NCBI GenBank assembly: GCA_963731795.1
Contig: CAVSWU010000003.1
Coordinates: forward strand, 838,216-902,215
Length of the DNA: 64,000 bases
Origin: an uncultured delta proteobacterium
GTDB taxonomy: Bacteria > Myxococcota > Myxococcia > Myxococcales > Myxococcaceae
Direction: 5' to 3'
The notes beneath the pieces are model-generated. The model saw only the letters and a program-made list of their open reading frames with translations. It did no database searches and had not been told where the DNA came from. Positions 9,762 to 20,084 of this stretch are shown in pieces. Every line of letters begins with the position of its first letter. Position 1 is the stretch's first letter. The translations under genes were made by a program, and so were the position numbers.

Positions 9762-11572
9762 CTACTCCTCCGTCTTCAGGACCGCCAGGAAGGCTTCCTG
9801 AGGGATCTCCACCGAGCCCACCTGCTTCATACGCTTCTTGCCCTCTTTCTGCTTCTCCAGCAGCTTGCGCTTACGGCTGATGTCGCCACCGTAGCACTTG
9901 GCGAGCACGTTCTTGCGCATGGCGGAGATCGTCTCTCGGGCGATGATCTTCGCGCCGATGGCCGCCTGGATGGCCACCTCGTACATCTGCTTGGGGATGA
10001 CTTCCTTGAGCTTCTCGCACACCTCGCGGCCGCGCTGGTAGGCGCGCTCGCGGTGGACGATGACGCTCAGGGCATCCACCGGCTCGCCGTTGATGAGGAT
10101 GTCCAGCCTGGCCAGCTCCGCCTCCACGTAGCCGGCCAGCTCGTAGTCGAGGCTGGCGTAGCCGCGCGACACGCTCTTGAGCTTGTCGAAGAAGTCGAAC
10201 ACCACCTCGGCCAGCGGCATCTCGTACGTCACCTGCACGCGCTGGCCGCTGGAGCCCAGGTACTTCATGTCCTTCTGCACGCCGCGCCGGTCCTGGCACA
10301 GCTTGAGGATGGCGCCCAGGTGATCGTTGGGCACGTGGATGTGGCAGGTGAGGATGGGCTCCTCGAACTTCTCGATGTTCTGCACTGGCGGCAGCTTGGC
10401 TGGGTTGTCGATGAGGAGCGTCTCGCCCTTGCTGGTGGTGATGCGGTACACCACCGAGGGCGCCGTGGTGATGAGGTTGAGGTTGTACTCGCGCTCCAGG
10501 CGCTCCTGGACGATCTCCATGTGCAGCAGGCCCAGGTAGCCGCAGCGGAACCCGAAGCCCAGCGCCGTGGAGGACTCGGGCTCGTAGGTGAAGGCCGAGT
10601 CGTTGAGCTTGAGCTTGGCCAGCGCGTCGCGCAGGCCCTCGTACTCGGCGGAGTCCACCGGGAAGATGCCGCTGAACACCATGGGCTTCACTTCCTTGAA
10701 GCCCGGGAAGGGAGCGTCCGTGGGGCGCGCCTCCTCGGTGACGGTGTCACCCACCTTGGCGTCCTGCAGCTCCTTGACGTTGGCCACCAGCACGCCCACC
10801 TCGCCGGCCATCAGCTGCTGCACGGGCCGCGAGAAGGGGCTGAACACGCCCAGCTCCTGCACCTCGAAGACCTTGTTGTTGCTCCACAGCTTGATCTTCT
10901 GCTTGAGCTTGAGCGTGCCCTCCAGCACGCGCACCAGCGTCACGACGCCCCGGTAGTTGTCGTACCAGCTGTCGAAGATGAGGGCCTTGAGCGGCGCGCT
11001 CGGCTCACCCCTGGGCGGCGGAATCCGTTCGACCACCGCCTCGAGGATGTCGTGGATGCCGATGCCCTCCTTGGCGGAGGCCGGCACAGCCACGGACGCG
11101 TCGATGCCGATCACGTCCTCGATCTCCGATCGGGTGCGCGCGACGTCCGCGCTCGGCAGGTCGATCTTGTTGATGACCGGGATGATCTCCAGGTTGTGGT
11201 CCAGCGCCATGTAGACGTTGGCCAGCGTCTGCGCCTCGACGCCCTGGCTGGCGTCCACCACGAGCAGGCGCCCTCGCACGCGGCCAGCGAGCGGCTGACC
11301 TCGTAGGCGAAGTCCACATGCCCCGGCGTGTCGATGAGGTTCAGGACGTACTGCTTGCCGTCCTTGGCCGTGTAGTTCATCCGCACGGACTGGGCCTTGA
11401 TGGTGATGCCCCGCTCACGCTCGATGTCCATGTTGTCCAGGAACTGAGCCTGGGCCTCACGCTTGGTCAGCGTCCCCGTCTTCTCGAGGAGGCGGTCCGC
11501 CAGCGTCGACTTCCCGTGGTCGATGTGGGCGATGATGCAGAAGTTGCGAATGTGGGCGTTCTCAGCCGGCAT
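9762..11572 (-). CDS. lepA: Elongation factor 4 (LepA), split by a 1-nt deletion near 11263-11268.
   Basis: N-terminal ORF: [22 protein letters not shown]...[26 protein letters not shown] second frame continues [22 protein letters not shown]...; the expected GCGCTG reads GCCTG. Confidence 0.85.
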
Positions 11573-11712
11573 GGATTCAGGGCTCGTCGTGTACGTCGAA
11601 GCGCGCGTAGGTAACACCGAACCCGGCCAAAATCCATGCATCCGCGCGTCCGCTGACCAAGCTGGCGGTCAGCGGAGTGCCTGTCGTGTCGGGGGTTTGC
11701 CCGACTCCCGGC

Positions 11713-12658
11713 CTAGCCGGACGCCCGCGCCGGCTCGCGCGCCTTGCCGCGGAAGTACTCCACCGTCTTGCGCAGCCCGTCCGCGAGCCCCACGCTCGGC
11801 TCCCAGCCCAGCACCTTCCGGGCCAGCCCCGGATCGATGCAGGAGCGCCGCTGCTCGCCCGGCTTGCCCGGAGCGTGGATCACCGGCTGCTTCGAGCCCG
11901 CCGCCTCGGCCAGCAGCGCGAAGAGGCGGTTGATGTCCGTCTCCACGCCGGTGCCGATGTTGATCGCGCCCACGGAGTCCTTCTCGAAGGCCAGCACGTT
12001 CGCCCGAGCCACGTCCGGCCCGAAGACAAAGTCCCGCGTCTGGCCCGCCATCTCCGAAGATGGTGCACTCCCGGCTGGAGACCAGGCGCTGGCTGAAGAT
12101 GGCCACCACGCCGGCCTCGCCGTGAGGGTTCTGCCGAGGGCCATAGACGTTGGCGTAGCGCAGTGCGACGTACTGCAGGCCATACTGGGCGCGGTAGTAG
12201 CCCAGGTAGAGCTCGCCCGCCGCCTTGGAGACACCATACGGCGACACCGGCCGCGTGGGATGGGACTCGGGCGCGGGGAAGACGTCCTGCTCGCCGTAGA
12301 TGGCGCCACCCGTGGAGCTGAAGATGACCTTCTTCACCCCGGCGACCCGCGCGGCCTCGAGCAGGTTGAGCAGGCCCAGGATGTTCGCGTCCGCGTCGAA
12401 GCGCGGATCCTCCACGCTGCGCCGCACGTCCATCTGCGCGGCCAGGTGACAGAGCACGTGCGGGCGCTCGGAGCGGATGAGCTCCGCGGCCTCGGGGCTG
12501 CGGATGTCCAGCACCGCCAGCCGCACGCGCGGATCCAGGTTCTCCCGCTTGCCACTCGACAGGTTGTCGAGGGCCACCACCTCGTGCCCCGCACGCAGGA
12601 ACTCGTCGCACACGTGCGATCCGATGAAGCCCGCTCCTCCCGTCACCAACACTTTCAC
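11713..12658 (-). CDS. NAD-dependent epimerase/dehydratase (UDP-glucose 4-epimerase-like), frameshifted near 12043-12047.
   Basis: MKVLVTGGAGFIGSHVCDEFL...SPYGVSKAAGE...YANVYGPRQ... in one frame. The C-terminus QTRDFVFGPDVARANVLAF...GWEPSVGLADGLRKTVEYF is in another frame, with one extra C in gggcc. Confidence 0.8.
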
Positions 12659-12711
12659 GTTGAAACTCCCACCCCTGGCCGTGGCCAGAAAAGTCCCAAA
12701 ACGCCGGCAAC

Positions 12712-13668
<957 letters not shown>

Positions 13669-13684
13669 GGCTGTCACTCGCGCC

Positions 13685-13870
13685 TCACTCGGTCAGCTCA
13701 TCGAATGTGGCCTGCCCGGGCAGCTGCGCCTTGTACTTGTCGAGCACCAGATCGATCCCCTGCCGGATGTACTCGGCCACGGGCACCTTGGTCTTCTGGT
13801 TCAGCGCCTTGAGGCGCTCGTTCTGCTCAGGGGTGATGTAGATGGTGGTGCTGATCTTCTTTCGGGCCAT
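13685..13870 (-). CDS. Ribbon-helix-helix (CopG/Arc-MetJ-like) DNA-binding protein.
   Basis: 61 aa: [46 protein letters not shown]. The β-strand-helix-helix pattern is typical of RHH antitoxin-like regulators. Confidence 0.6.
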   Translation of the reverse strand: MARKKISTTIYITPEQNERLKALNQKTKVPVAEYIRQGIDLVLDKYKAQLPGQATFDELTE

Positions 13871-13963
13871 GGCGATATGTGAAAATATATGGAATGACGT
13901 GGCCAGTGAAAGAACTGGCCGCGCCAGCCGGGGGCGCGACGCTCGAACTCTCCGGGGGCAGGC

Positions 13964-14590
13964 ATGTCTTCAATGAAATCGTGGGCTTACGTGGGCCTCT
14001 GGGCTCTCTCCGTGCTGACTGGCTGCTCGGGAGACAAGGCCGCGAAACGGGCTCCCATCCAACCTGAACCCATCGGGAACGCGCCGACCGTGAGCGAGCC
14101 CATCCGGCCCGAGCGCGCGAAGGACGAGCGGGTGAAGGAGATGGACCTCAACCGCGACAACAAGCCGGACGTGTGGACGTACTACATCGACGACAAGGGT
14201 CCGGACGGCCAGCCTCGCGAGCACAAGGTGCGCAAGGAGATCGACTTCAACGGGGACGGCCGGGTCGACATCACCCAGTACTTCAACGAGCACGAGGAGA
14301 AGGTGCGCGAGACGATGGACCAGGACTTCGACGGGAAGGTCGACTCGATCCTGTACTTCGAGAAGGGCGTGAACGTGCGCACCGAGCGGGACGTGAACGG
14401 TGATGGCCACACGGACGAGTGGCTGTACTACGAGAAGGGCAAGCTGGCGCGCAAGGAGCGCGACACCAACGGCGACGGCAAGGTGGACAACTGGGAGTAC
14501 TGGGAGAACGGCCAGGTGGACCGCATCGGCGATGACCTGGACGGTGACGGCACGGTGGATCGCTGGTCGAAGAGCCCCAACTCCCAGTAG
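13964..14590 (+). CDS. Lipoprotein with five EF-hand/dockerin-like calcium-binding repeats (DxNGDGxVD).
   Basis: Signal peptide plus lipobox (LTGC). Repeats: DFNGDGRVD, DQDFDGKVD, DVNGDGHTD, DTNGDGKVD, DLDGDGTVD. Confidence 0.65.
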   Translation: MSSMKSWAYVGLWALSVLTGCSGDKAAKRAPIQPEPIGNAPTVSEPIRPERAKDERVKEMDLNRDNKPDVWTYYIDDKGPDGQPREHKVRKEIDFNGDGRVDITQYFNEHEEKVRETMDQDFDGKVDSILYFEKGVNVRTERDVNGDGHTDEWLYYEKGKLARKERDTNGDGKVDNWEYWENGQVDRIGDDLDGDGTVDRWSKSPNSQ

Positions 14591-14653
14591 GCCGCGCGGA
14601 GGCCCTCGGAGGCCCTCCCCCCCGCGGAGAGGGCCTGCCCCCGGAGGCGGGTG

Positions 14654-15016
14654 CTACGGCTTGCTCGTCCCGACGCGCCCGTACGAGTCCTCGAGCCGCA
14701 CCACGTCCTCCAGCTCGGGGGTGCTGACCTCGAGGATGTCGCAGTCGGTGAGGGCCACCATGCGGTGCTTCGTCAGCGGCTTGATGTGGTAGCTCTCACC
14801 CGGGTTCATCTCCTTCTCGATGAGCCCGTGGCCCTCATCCACGACGAAGAGCAGCTTGCCGCTCTGGACGTGGATCGTCTCGTCCTTCTTGTTGTGGTAC
14901 TGCAGGCTGAGCTTGTGGCCTTGCTTCACGTGCAGGAGCTTGCCCACGTAGCGTTCGGTGTGAGCCCAGATCAGCTCGTAGCCCCAGGGTTTCTCCACCC
15001 GCCTCGTCGCCGTCAT
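14654..15016 (-). CDS. Cupin-domain protein (mannose-6-phosphate-isomerase type II-like small cupin).
   Basis: 120 aa: KPWGYELIWAHTERYVGKLLHVKQGHKLSLQYHNKKDETIHVQSGK, the cupin motif pattern G(x)5HxH... Confidence 0.6.
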   Translation of the reverse strand: MTATRRVEKPWGYELIWAHTERYVGKLLHVKQGHKLSLQYHNKKDETIHVQSGKLLFVVDEGHGLIEKEMNPGESYHIKPLTKHRMVALTDCDILEVSTPELEDVVRLEDSYGRVGTSKP

Positions 15017-15043
15017 GTCTCTTCTCGTTCTTCCAGTCCCGCT

Positions 15044-16036
15044 CTAGTTCGCTCCGGCCACGAACGCATCGAGCTGGGTCTCGCGCTTGAAGTCCGTCAG
15101 GTACCGCGTCGCCGCATCCTTGGTAGGGAAGCTGCCCATGCGGACGCGGTACCAGGTGCCCTTCTTGGGCACCTCGGCGGCGACGATATAGGGGGCATAG
15201 CCCCGGTCGCGCAACCGGGCGGCGAAGCGATCGGCCTCCTCCCGGGTCTGGAAGGCGGAGAGCTGGAGCGTGAAGGCGCCTCCCGGAGCGGCCTCGGCGG
15301 GGTGCTGGGTGGCCCGAGCGATGGCCTCCTTCAGCCCGCCACCGGCAGGGGTGGCCGTCCGGGTGGGAACGGCCTCCTGAGCCGCCGGCCCCGGAGCAGG
15401 CTTCGGAGTGGCCACGGCAGTGGGAGCCGCGGCGGGCGCGGGCTTCGGAGTGGCCACGGCAGTGGGAGCCGCGGCGGGCGCGGGCTTCGGAGCGGCCACG
15501 GGGGCCTGAGTCGCGGTGGGAGTGGGCTTCTGCGCGGCAGCGGGAGCAGGAGCCTGGGGGTGCTTCACCTGCGCCAGCGCGGCCAGCTCCTCGTCAGCGG
15601 GGCTGAGCTTCTCGGACGGCCTCTCCGAAGGCTTCTCGGCGGGCGTGGCAGCGGCAGCGGGCGCGGGCTTCGGGGCTGGGGTGGCGGCGGCCGTGGGCGC
15701 GGGCTTCGGGGCCGGGGTGGCGGCGGCCGTGGGCGCGGGCTTCGAGGCCGGAGCCTTGGCCGGCTTCGGCTCGGGCGCGGGCTCGCCGGCCTTGCGGGTC
15801 AGCTCATCCTGGAATGTGAGCGGCGGATCCTTCTCCTTCTGGACCTCCTGGAGCGCCTGGGCATTGGCATCGAGCGCCGAGAGCAGATCCGGCGCCGCGG
15901 CGGCCTGGGCGTTGCCGGCGAGCTTCTTGCCCACCACGACGCCGAGCACGAACACGGCGCCCATCACGACGATGCCCGCGATCAACAGGCTGACGATCTG
16001 CCGGTTGTCGAGCGAAACGTCGAACTTCTCCTTCAT
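15044..16036 (-). CDS. SPOR-domain (peptidoglycan-binding) protein with one TM helix and Pro/Ala-rich tandem repeats.
   Basis: TM helix [37 protein letters not shown]-type repeats. C-terminal SPOR domain: FTLQLSAFQTREEADRFAARLRDRGYAPYIVAAEVPKKGTWYRVRMGSF. Confidence 0.7.
   Translation of the reverse strand: MKEKFDVSLDNRQIVSLLIAGIVVMGAVFVLGVVVGKKLAGNAQAAAAPDLLSALDANAQALQEVQKEKDPPLTFQDELTRKAGEPAPEPKPAKAPASKPAPTAAATPAPKPAPTAAATPAPKPAPAAAATPAEKPSERPSEKLSPADEELAALAQVKHPQAPAPAAAQKPTPTATQAPVAAPKPAPAAAPTAVATPKPAPAAAPTAVATPKPAPGPAAQEAVPTRTATPAGGGLKEAIARATQHPAEAAPGGAFTLQLSAFQTREEADRFAARLRDRGYAPYIVAAEVPKKGTWYRVRMGSFPTKDAATRYLTDFKRETQLDAFVAGAN
15401..15500. repeat. 42-nt tandem repeat (~2.4 copies) inside the SPOR gene.
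   Basis: The unit cttcggagtggccacggcagtgggagccgcggcgggcgcggg repeats directly. A second 36-nt tandem (~2.4 copies) lies at 15659..15746. Confidence 0.7.
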
Positions 16037-16179
16037 CCGATGAGCATCCCGCATGGTCGTGGTGTTCCTCGCGCGCTGGCGATCGGGCCGGCCTCATCCC
16101 GTGTTGCGGCCTGTAGCGCCAACGCTCCGGAAGGTACGCCCCACCTCTGGGTCGGTCAAATTCGCGGAGCCACCTCACC

Positions 16180-16554
16180 TCATGCGCCTGGGTACGAGGT
16201 GAGCGCCGACGTTCCCAGCACCGAGGAGGAAGGCATTCGAGCCGGCGCGAGAGGACGGCGCTCGGGTGGGGAGCGCGCGCGGTTGATCCGCTCACGCAGC
16301 TCCTTGCCCGCGGCGAACGACACGGCGAGCCGGCGCGGGAGCGGCACAGGAGCACCTGTCTTGGGGTTGCGCCCGATCCGGGCGGGGCGGGACTTCACGC
16401 CGAAACACCCGAACCCTCGCAGCTCGATGCGCTCCCCTGCCTTGAGCGCCTGGGTCAGCTGTTCGAAGAAGGCGTTGACGATGGCCTCGATCCGCCGCGG
16501 ATGGACATGGGGGGCCTTCTCCGCGATGCACTCGATGAGCTGGCTCTTGGTCAT
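16180..16554 (-). CDS. Integration host factor / HU-family DNA-binding protein.
   Basis: MTKSQLIECIAEKAPHVHPRRIEAIVNAFFEQLTQALKAGERIELRGFGCFGVKSRPARIGRNPKTGAPV, the IHF/HU arm motif (RNPKTG). Confidence 0.75.
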   Translation of the reverse strand: MTKSQLIECIAEKAPHVHPRRIEAIVNAFFEQLTQALKAGERIELRGFGCFGVKSRPARIGRNPKTGAPVPLPRRLAVSFAAGKELRERINRARSPPERRPLAPARMPSSSVLGTSALTSYPGA

Positions 16555-16608
16555 GACCCCACCCACTCTACAAACGAGGGGTGACACCCAACCGAGCGTC
16601 CCGGCAGC

Positions 16609-17373
16609 TCAGCGCAGGCGCAGATCCATGGGGCCCTCGAGCTCCTGCTCCTTGCCCTCGGCGGTGTGGAGCTTCACCTCGCCGCCACGAGGGATGATCA
16701 GGCGCACCGTGCGCCCGAGAGGGATCTCGCGGTCCTCGAGCAGCACCGCCGTGGTGAGATCATCCGTCTCGGCCACCGCGAAGCCGTCCGTCACCTCGAC
16801 CACGAGCCCACCCTCCCCGAGCGGCCCCGCGTGGATGTACGGCACCTTGGGCCGGAACGGCGGCGCGGGCAGCGGCTTGGAGGGCCCCTCGGGTCGAGGC
16901 GCGGAGGTGAGCTTCTCCATGCCGTTGGGTGTGAAGAAGGCCTTGAAGTAGTCCGACGTGGTGAGGTCGGTCTTGGCGGAGGGCGGCGTGAACTGGATGT
17001 TGGTGTAGCGCGCCGCCACGAGTCTCTGCGCGGGAGGAACCTGCTGGATGGCGCCCTCCGTCCACCGCCGGGCCGGAATGTTGGAGCCGAGCAGCTTCGC
17101 CTCGTCCACATCTCCCACGTCGAACTCGTCCCCACGGTCGAGGAAGCGCATGCCGCCGCCGAAGTACTCGAGGAGCGCGGGGCCCGTGGCGATGATGTGC
17201 TCATCAGCGCGCAGGTGCGAGCCCACGGCGATGGGGCGCTTGTCCTGGCCGACGACGCGCAGCATCGGCGCCCCCGCGGCGTGCAGTCCCGCGATGGGCT
17301 TGTCCGAGGGCTTCTTGCAGCCTCCCGCGAGGGCGAGCACCGCGATCAACAGAATGCCTGGGTGACGAGACAT
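16609..17373 (-). CDS. Hypothetical lipoprotein.
   Basis: MSRHPGILLIAVLALAGGCKK is a signal peptide with a lipobox. The remainder is coherent, with no recognised domain. Confidence 0.5.
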   Translation of the reverse strand: MSRHPGILLIAVLALAGGCKKPSDKPIAGLHAAGAPMLRVVGQDKRPIAVGSHLRADEHIIATGPALLEYFGGGMRFLDRGDEFDVGDVDEAKLLGSNIPARRWTEGAIQQVPPAQRLVAARYTNIQFTPPSAKTDLTTSDYFKAFFTPNGMEKLTSAPRPEGPSKPLPAPPFRPKVPYIHAGPLGEGGLVVEVTDGFAVAETDDLTTAVLLEDREIPLGRTVRLIIPRGGEVKLHTAEGKEQELEGPMDLRLR

Positions 17374-17390
17374 GCCCACCTCCTGCCCGG

Positions 17391-18437
17391 TCAGACGATC
17401 CAGCCTCCACCGAGCACGCGGTCTCGATCGTAGACCACTGCGGCCTGTCCGGGGGTCACCGCTCGCGCCGGCTCATCGAGCTTCACGGAGACCAGCCCGT
17501 GCGGAGAGATCTCCACGCGACCGGCGGCGCCCCCGTGGCGGTGGCGGATGCGGACCTCGACGGTCTGGTCCGGCGGCGGCGGCCCATCCACCCAGTGCGG
17601 CTGAAGCAACCCGAACGAGTCCCGGCCAACCGCGGTGGCCGCGCCGACGACGACGCGGTTCGTCTCGGGCTCGATGCGCTGGACGTAGCGGACGTCTCCG
17701 CCACCGAGGTTCAGCCCGCGCCGCTGGCCGACGGTAAAGCGGTGGATGCCACCATGGGTGCCGAGCACGTGGCCCTCGGTGTCGACGATCTCCCCGCCTG
17801 GTTGCGGCCCGGCCACCTTCTCCACGAAGCCGGCGTAGTCGCCATCCGGCACGAAGCAGATCTCCATGCTCTCCGGCTTCTGGCTGGTGGGCAGGTGGTG
17901 GCGATCGGCGATGGCGCGAACCTCGGCCTTGGTCATGTCTCCCACGGGGAAGAGGACGTCGCACAGCTCGCTCTGGCCGAGCGTGAAGAGGAAGTAGCTC
18001 TGGTCCTTGGCGAGATCCCGGGCGCGGCGCAGGACATAGCGCTCGCCCTGCTGCTCGACGCGGGCGTAGTGGCCGGTGGCGAGCCGAGCGCCCAGCGCCC
18101 GGGCGCGCTTGAGGAGGAAGTTGAACTTCACGTCCCGGTTGCAGGCCACGCAGGGGATGGGGGTGCGTCCGCCGAGGTAGGACTGGACGAAGGGATTGAT
18201 GACGCGGTCCTTGAAGATCTCCTCGGCGTTGGCCACGTAGTACGGGATGCCGAGCGTCTGCGCCACGGCCCTGGCGTCATCGATGTCGTCGGGGCTGCAG
18301 CAACTGCCACACTGGGCCTTGCCCTCGTAGGACCAGACCCTCAGGGTGATGCCGATCACCTCGTGCCCCTGCTCCTTGAGGAGCGCGGCGGCCGCCGAGG
18401 AGTCCACTCCACCGCTCATGGCAACGACGACTCGCAT
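17391..18437 (-). CDS. mnmA: tRNA-specific 2-thiouridylase.
   Basis: [20 protein letters not shown] (PP-loop SGGxDS)...[12 protein letters not shown]... These are MnmA motifs. Confidence 0.88.
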   Translation of the reverse strand: MRVVVAMSGGVDSSAAAALLKEQGHEVIGITLRVWSYEGKAQCGSCCSPDDIDDARAVAQTLGIPYYVANAEEIFKDRVINPFVQSYLGGRTPIPCVACNRDVKFNFLLKRARALGARLATGHYARVEQQGERYVLRRARDLAKDQSYFLFTLGQSELCDVLFPVGDMTKAEVRAIADRHHLPTSQKPESMEICFVPDGDYAGFVEKVAGPQPGGEIVDTEGHVLGTHGGIHRFTVGQRRGLNLGGGDVRYVQRIEPETNRVVVGAATAVGRDSFGLLQPHWVDGPPPPDQTVEVRIRHRHGGAAGRVEISPHGLVSVKLDEPARAVTPGQAAVVYDRDRVLGGGWIV

Positions 18438-18516
18438 GACATCCTTCCTACAGGGTTTGGCACCCCTGTGCTCCCCCGGGAAGAGGGACGCGCGGGTCCT
18501 CATTCCCCGGACGGGT

Positions 18517-19785
18517 TCAGCTCCCCTTCCCTGCCTGCCAGGCTCGCAGCAGCTCCTTCAACTTCTCGGACTGGTTGAGGGAGGGATCATCGAGCACGGA
18601 CTCGAGGAGGTACCGGGTGGCCTCTCCCACCACGGGAGAGGGGCCCACACCGAGCGTGGCCATGATGTCCTTGCCCGTAAGCGCGAGTTCCTTGGCGCTG
18701 AGAGGGGGCTTCGCGGCGGACAGTGCGCGCAGCCGCTCCTGGAGCCGCGAGAAGTCCTGGAGTCGCTCGGGAGCACGCACCTGGATGCGCGCGTGCGCGA
18801 CCGCCAGTAGGGACTCCAGGTGCCCGAACCCTACCCGAGCGAGCAGGCGCCGCAGCGCGGGATCGCTGTCTCCCAATCGGCTTTCGAGCGCGGCGTGCTC
18901 GACGAGGAGCCCAACGGTGTCAGCGACCTTGTTGGGGAACTTGAGCCGGATGCCGATGTCACGGGCCTGGGGGCCACTGACGAGATCCGCCAGCAGCGCC
19001 GCCAGCCGGAGCTCCGCCTCCGCCGGGGCGACATGAGCAGCGGCTCGGGCCTGCCGCGCGGCCTCGGGCTCGGCACGAGCCAGCTCGGGCAGGAAGACAT
19101 CCAGGAGCCCCGTCTCCGAGAGCAGCACGAGACCAGACTCCGCGCGCGGCGAGAGGAGCAGCTTGACGAATTCCTCGCGGACCCGCTCAAGGGCGACCTT
19201 GCGGAACACGGGGAGCGTGGGAGGAATGGCGGCCCGGGTGGCGGGCTCGAGCGTGAAGCCGAGTACGGCCGCGAAGCGCACGGCGCGCATGGGGCGCAGG
19301 CCATCCTCGGAGAAGCGCTCGTGTGGATCTCGCACGCACCGGATGATGTGGGCCTGCAGGTCCGCCTGACCGCCGAAGGGGTCCACGAGCTCCTTGCTGA
19401 GGGGATCGTAGGCCATCGCGTTGATGGTGAAGTCCCGGCGAGAGAGATCCTCGGTGATGTCGCTCTCGAACTTGACGGAGCTGGGGCGGCGGCCGTCGTG
19501 GTAGTCGCCCTCGCTGCGGAAGGTGGTGACCTCCACGTGGGTGCCGCCGCTGAGGACGGTGACGGTGCCGTGCTGGATGCCGGTGGGGATGACCTTCTTG
19601 AACGCGGCCTGGACCTCGTGGGGGTGGGCGCTGGTGGTGACATCGAAGTCCTTGGGAGGGACGCCACGGACCATGTCGCGGACACAGCCGCCGACGAGGA
19701 AGACGGCGAACCCCAGCTCGCGAAGGCGGCGGAGGACGTCGAGGACGGGGCGCGGGATGTCGGCGTTATGGAGATTCGCGAGCAT
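18517..19785 (-). CDS. cca: CCA tRNA nucleotidyltransferase / polyA polymerase family protein.
   Basis: [30 protein letters not shown]...[12 protein letters not shown], the Pol-β nucleotidyltransferase head domain motifs. Confidence 0.85.
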   Translation of the reverse strand: MLANLHNADIPRPVLDVLRRLRELGFAVFLVGGCVRDMVRGVPPKDFDVTTSAHPHEVQAAFKKVIPTGIQHGTVTVLSGGTHVEVTTFRSEGDYHDGRRPSSVKFESDITEDLSRRDFTINAMAYDPLSKELVDPFGGQADLQAHIIRCVRDPHERFSEDGLRPMRAVRFAAVLGFTLEPATRAAIPPTLPVFRKVALERVREEFVKLLLSPRAESGLVLLSETGLLDVFLPELARAEPEAARQARAAAHVAPAEAELRLAALLADLVSGPQARDIGIRLKFPNKVADTVGLLVEHAALESRLGDSDPALRRLLARVGFGHLESLLAVAHARIQVRAPERLQDFSRLQERLRALSAAKPPLSAKELALTGKDIMATLGVGPSPVVGEATRYLLESVLDDPSLNQSEKLKELLRAWQAGKGS

Positions 19786-19809
19786 CGGCCGCGCCGCGGA
19801 AAAAGGGAG

Positions 19810-19883
19810 TGGCCCCGGCTGGAATCGAACCAGCGGCCTGCGGTTTAGGAAACCGCCGCTCTATCCAACTGAGCTACGGGACC
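19810..19883 (-). tRNA. tRNA-Arg (anticodon CCT).
   Basis: Minus-strand GGTCCCGTAGCTCAGTTGGATAGAGCGGCGGTTTCCTAAACCGCAGGCCGCTGGTTCGATTCCAGCCGGGGCCA folds into a cloverleaf. The 7-bp acceptor stem includes one G-U pair. The anticodon loop is TTCCTAA. Confidence 0.85.
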
Positions 19884-20084
19884 AGACAACGGGGCCTCTT
19901 ATAGCAGGCGGCCCGATGCGCGCAACGAGCGTGAGGCCCTGGCCGGACTGACACTGTTCGAGCGAGACCCCTGACGCCTACCTGACAAAAGCCGCGGCAG
20001 CGCCCTACTTCTCCACGCCGTGCCCCGGGACATCCGGCTCTCGCCAAAGCCAGCGTGAGGACACCCCACCGGCGCGGCTTCACT

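Noticed and set aside
7701-11306. A 1201-aa plus-strand ORF, the longest in the track.
   Set aside because: The translation is low-complexity and R/A/G/L-rich with no motifs. It lies antisense to pyrB, lepB and lepA, all of which have clear signatures, so it is a classic high-GC antisense artefact.
14651-16951. A 766-aa plus-strand ORF with a G/R-rich repetitive sequence.
   Set aside because: It is antisense to the cupin, SPOR and IHF genes. Its repeats simply mirror the SPOR gene's tandem repeats.
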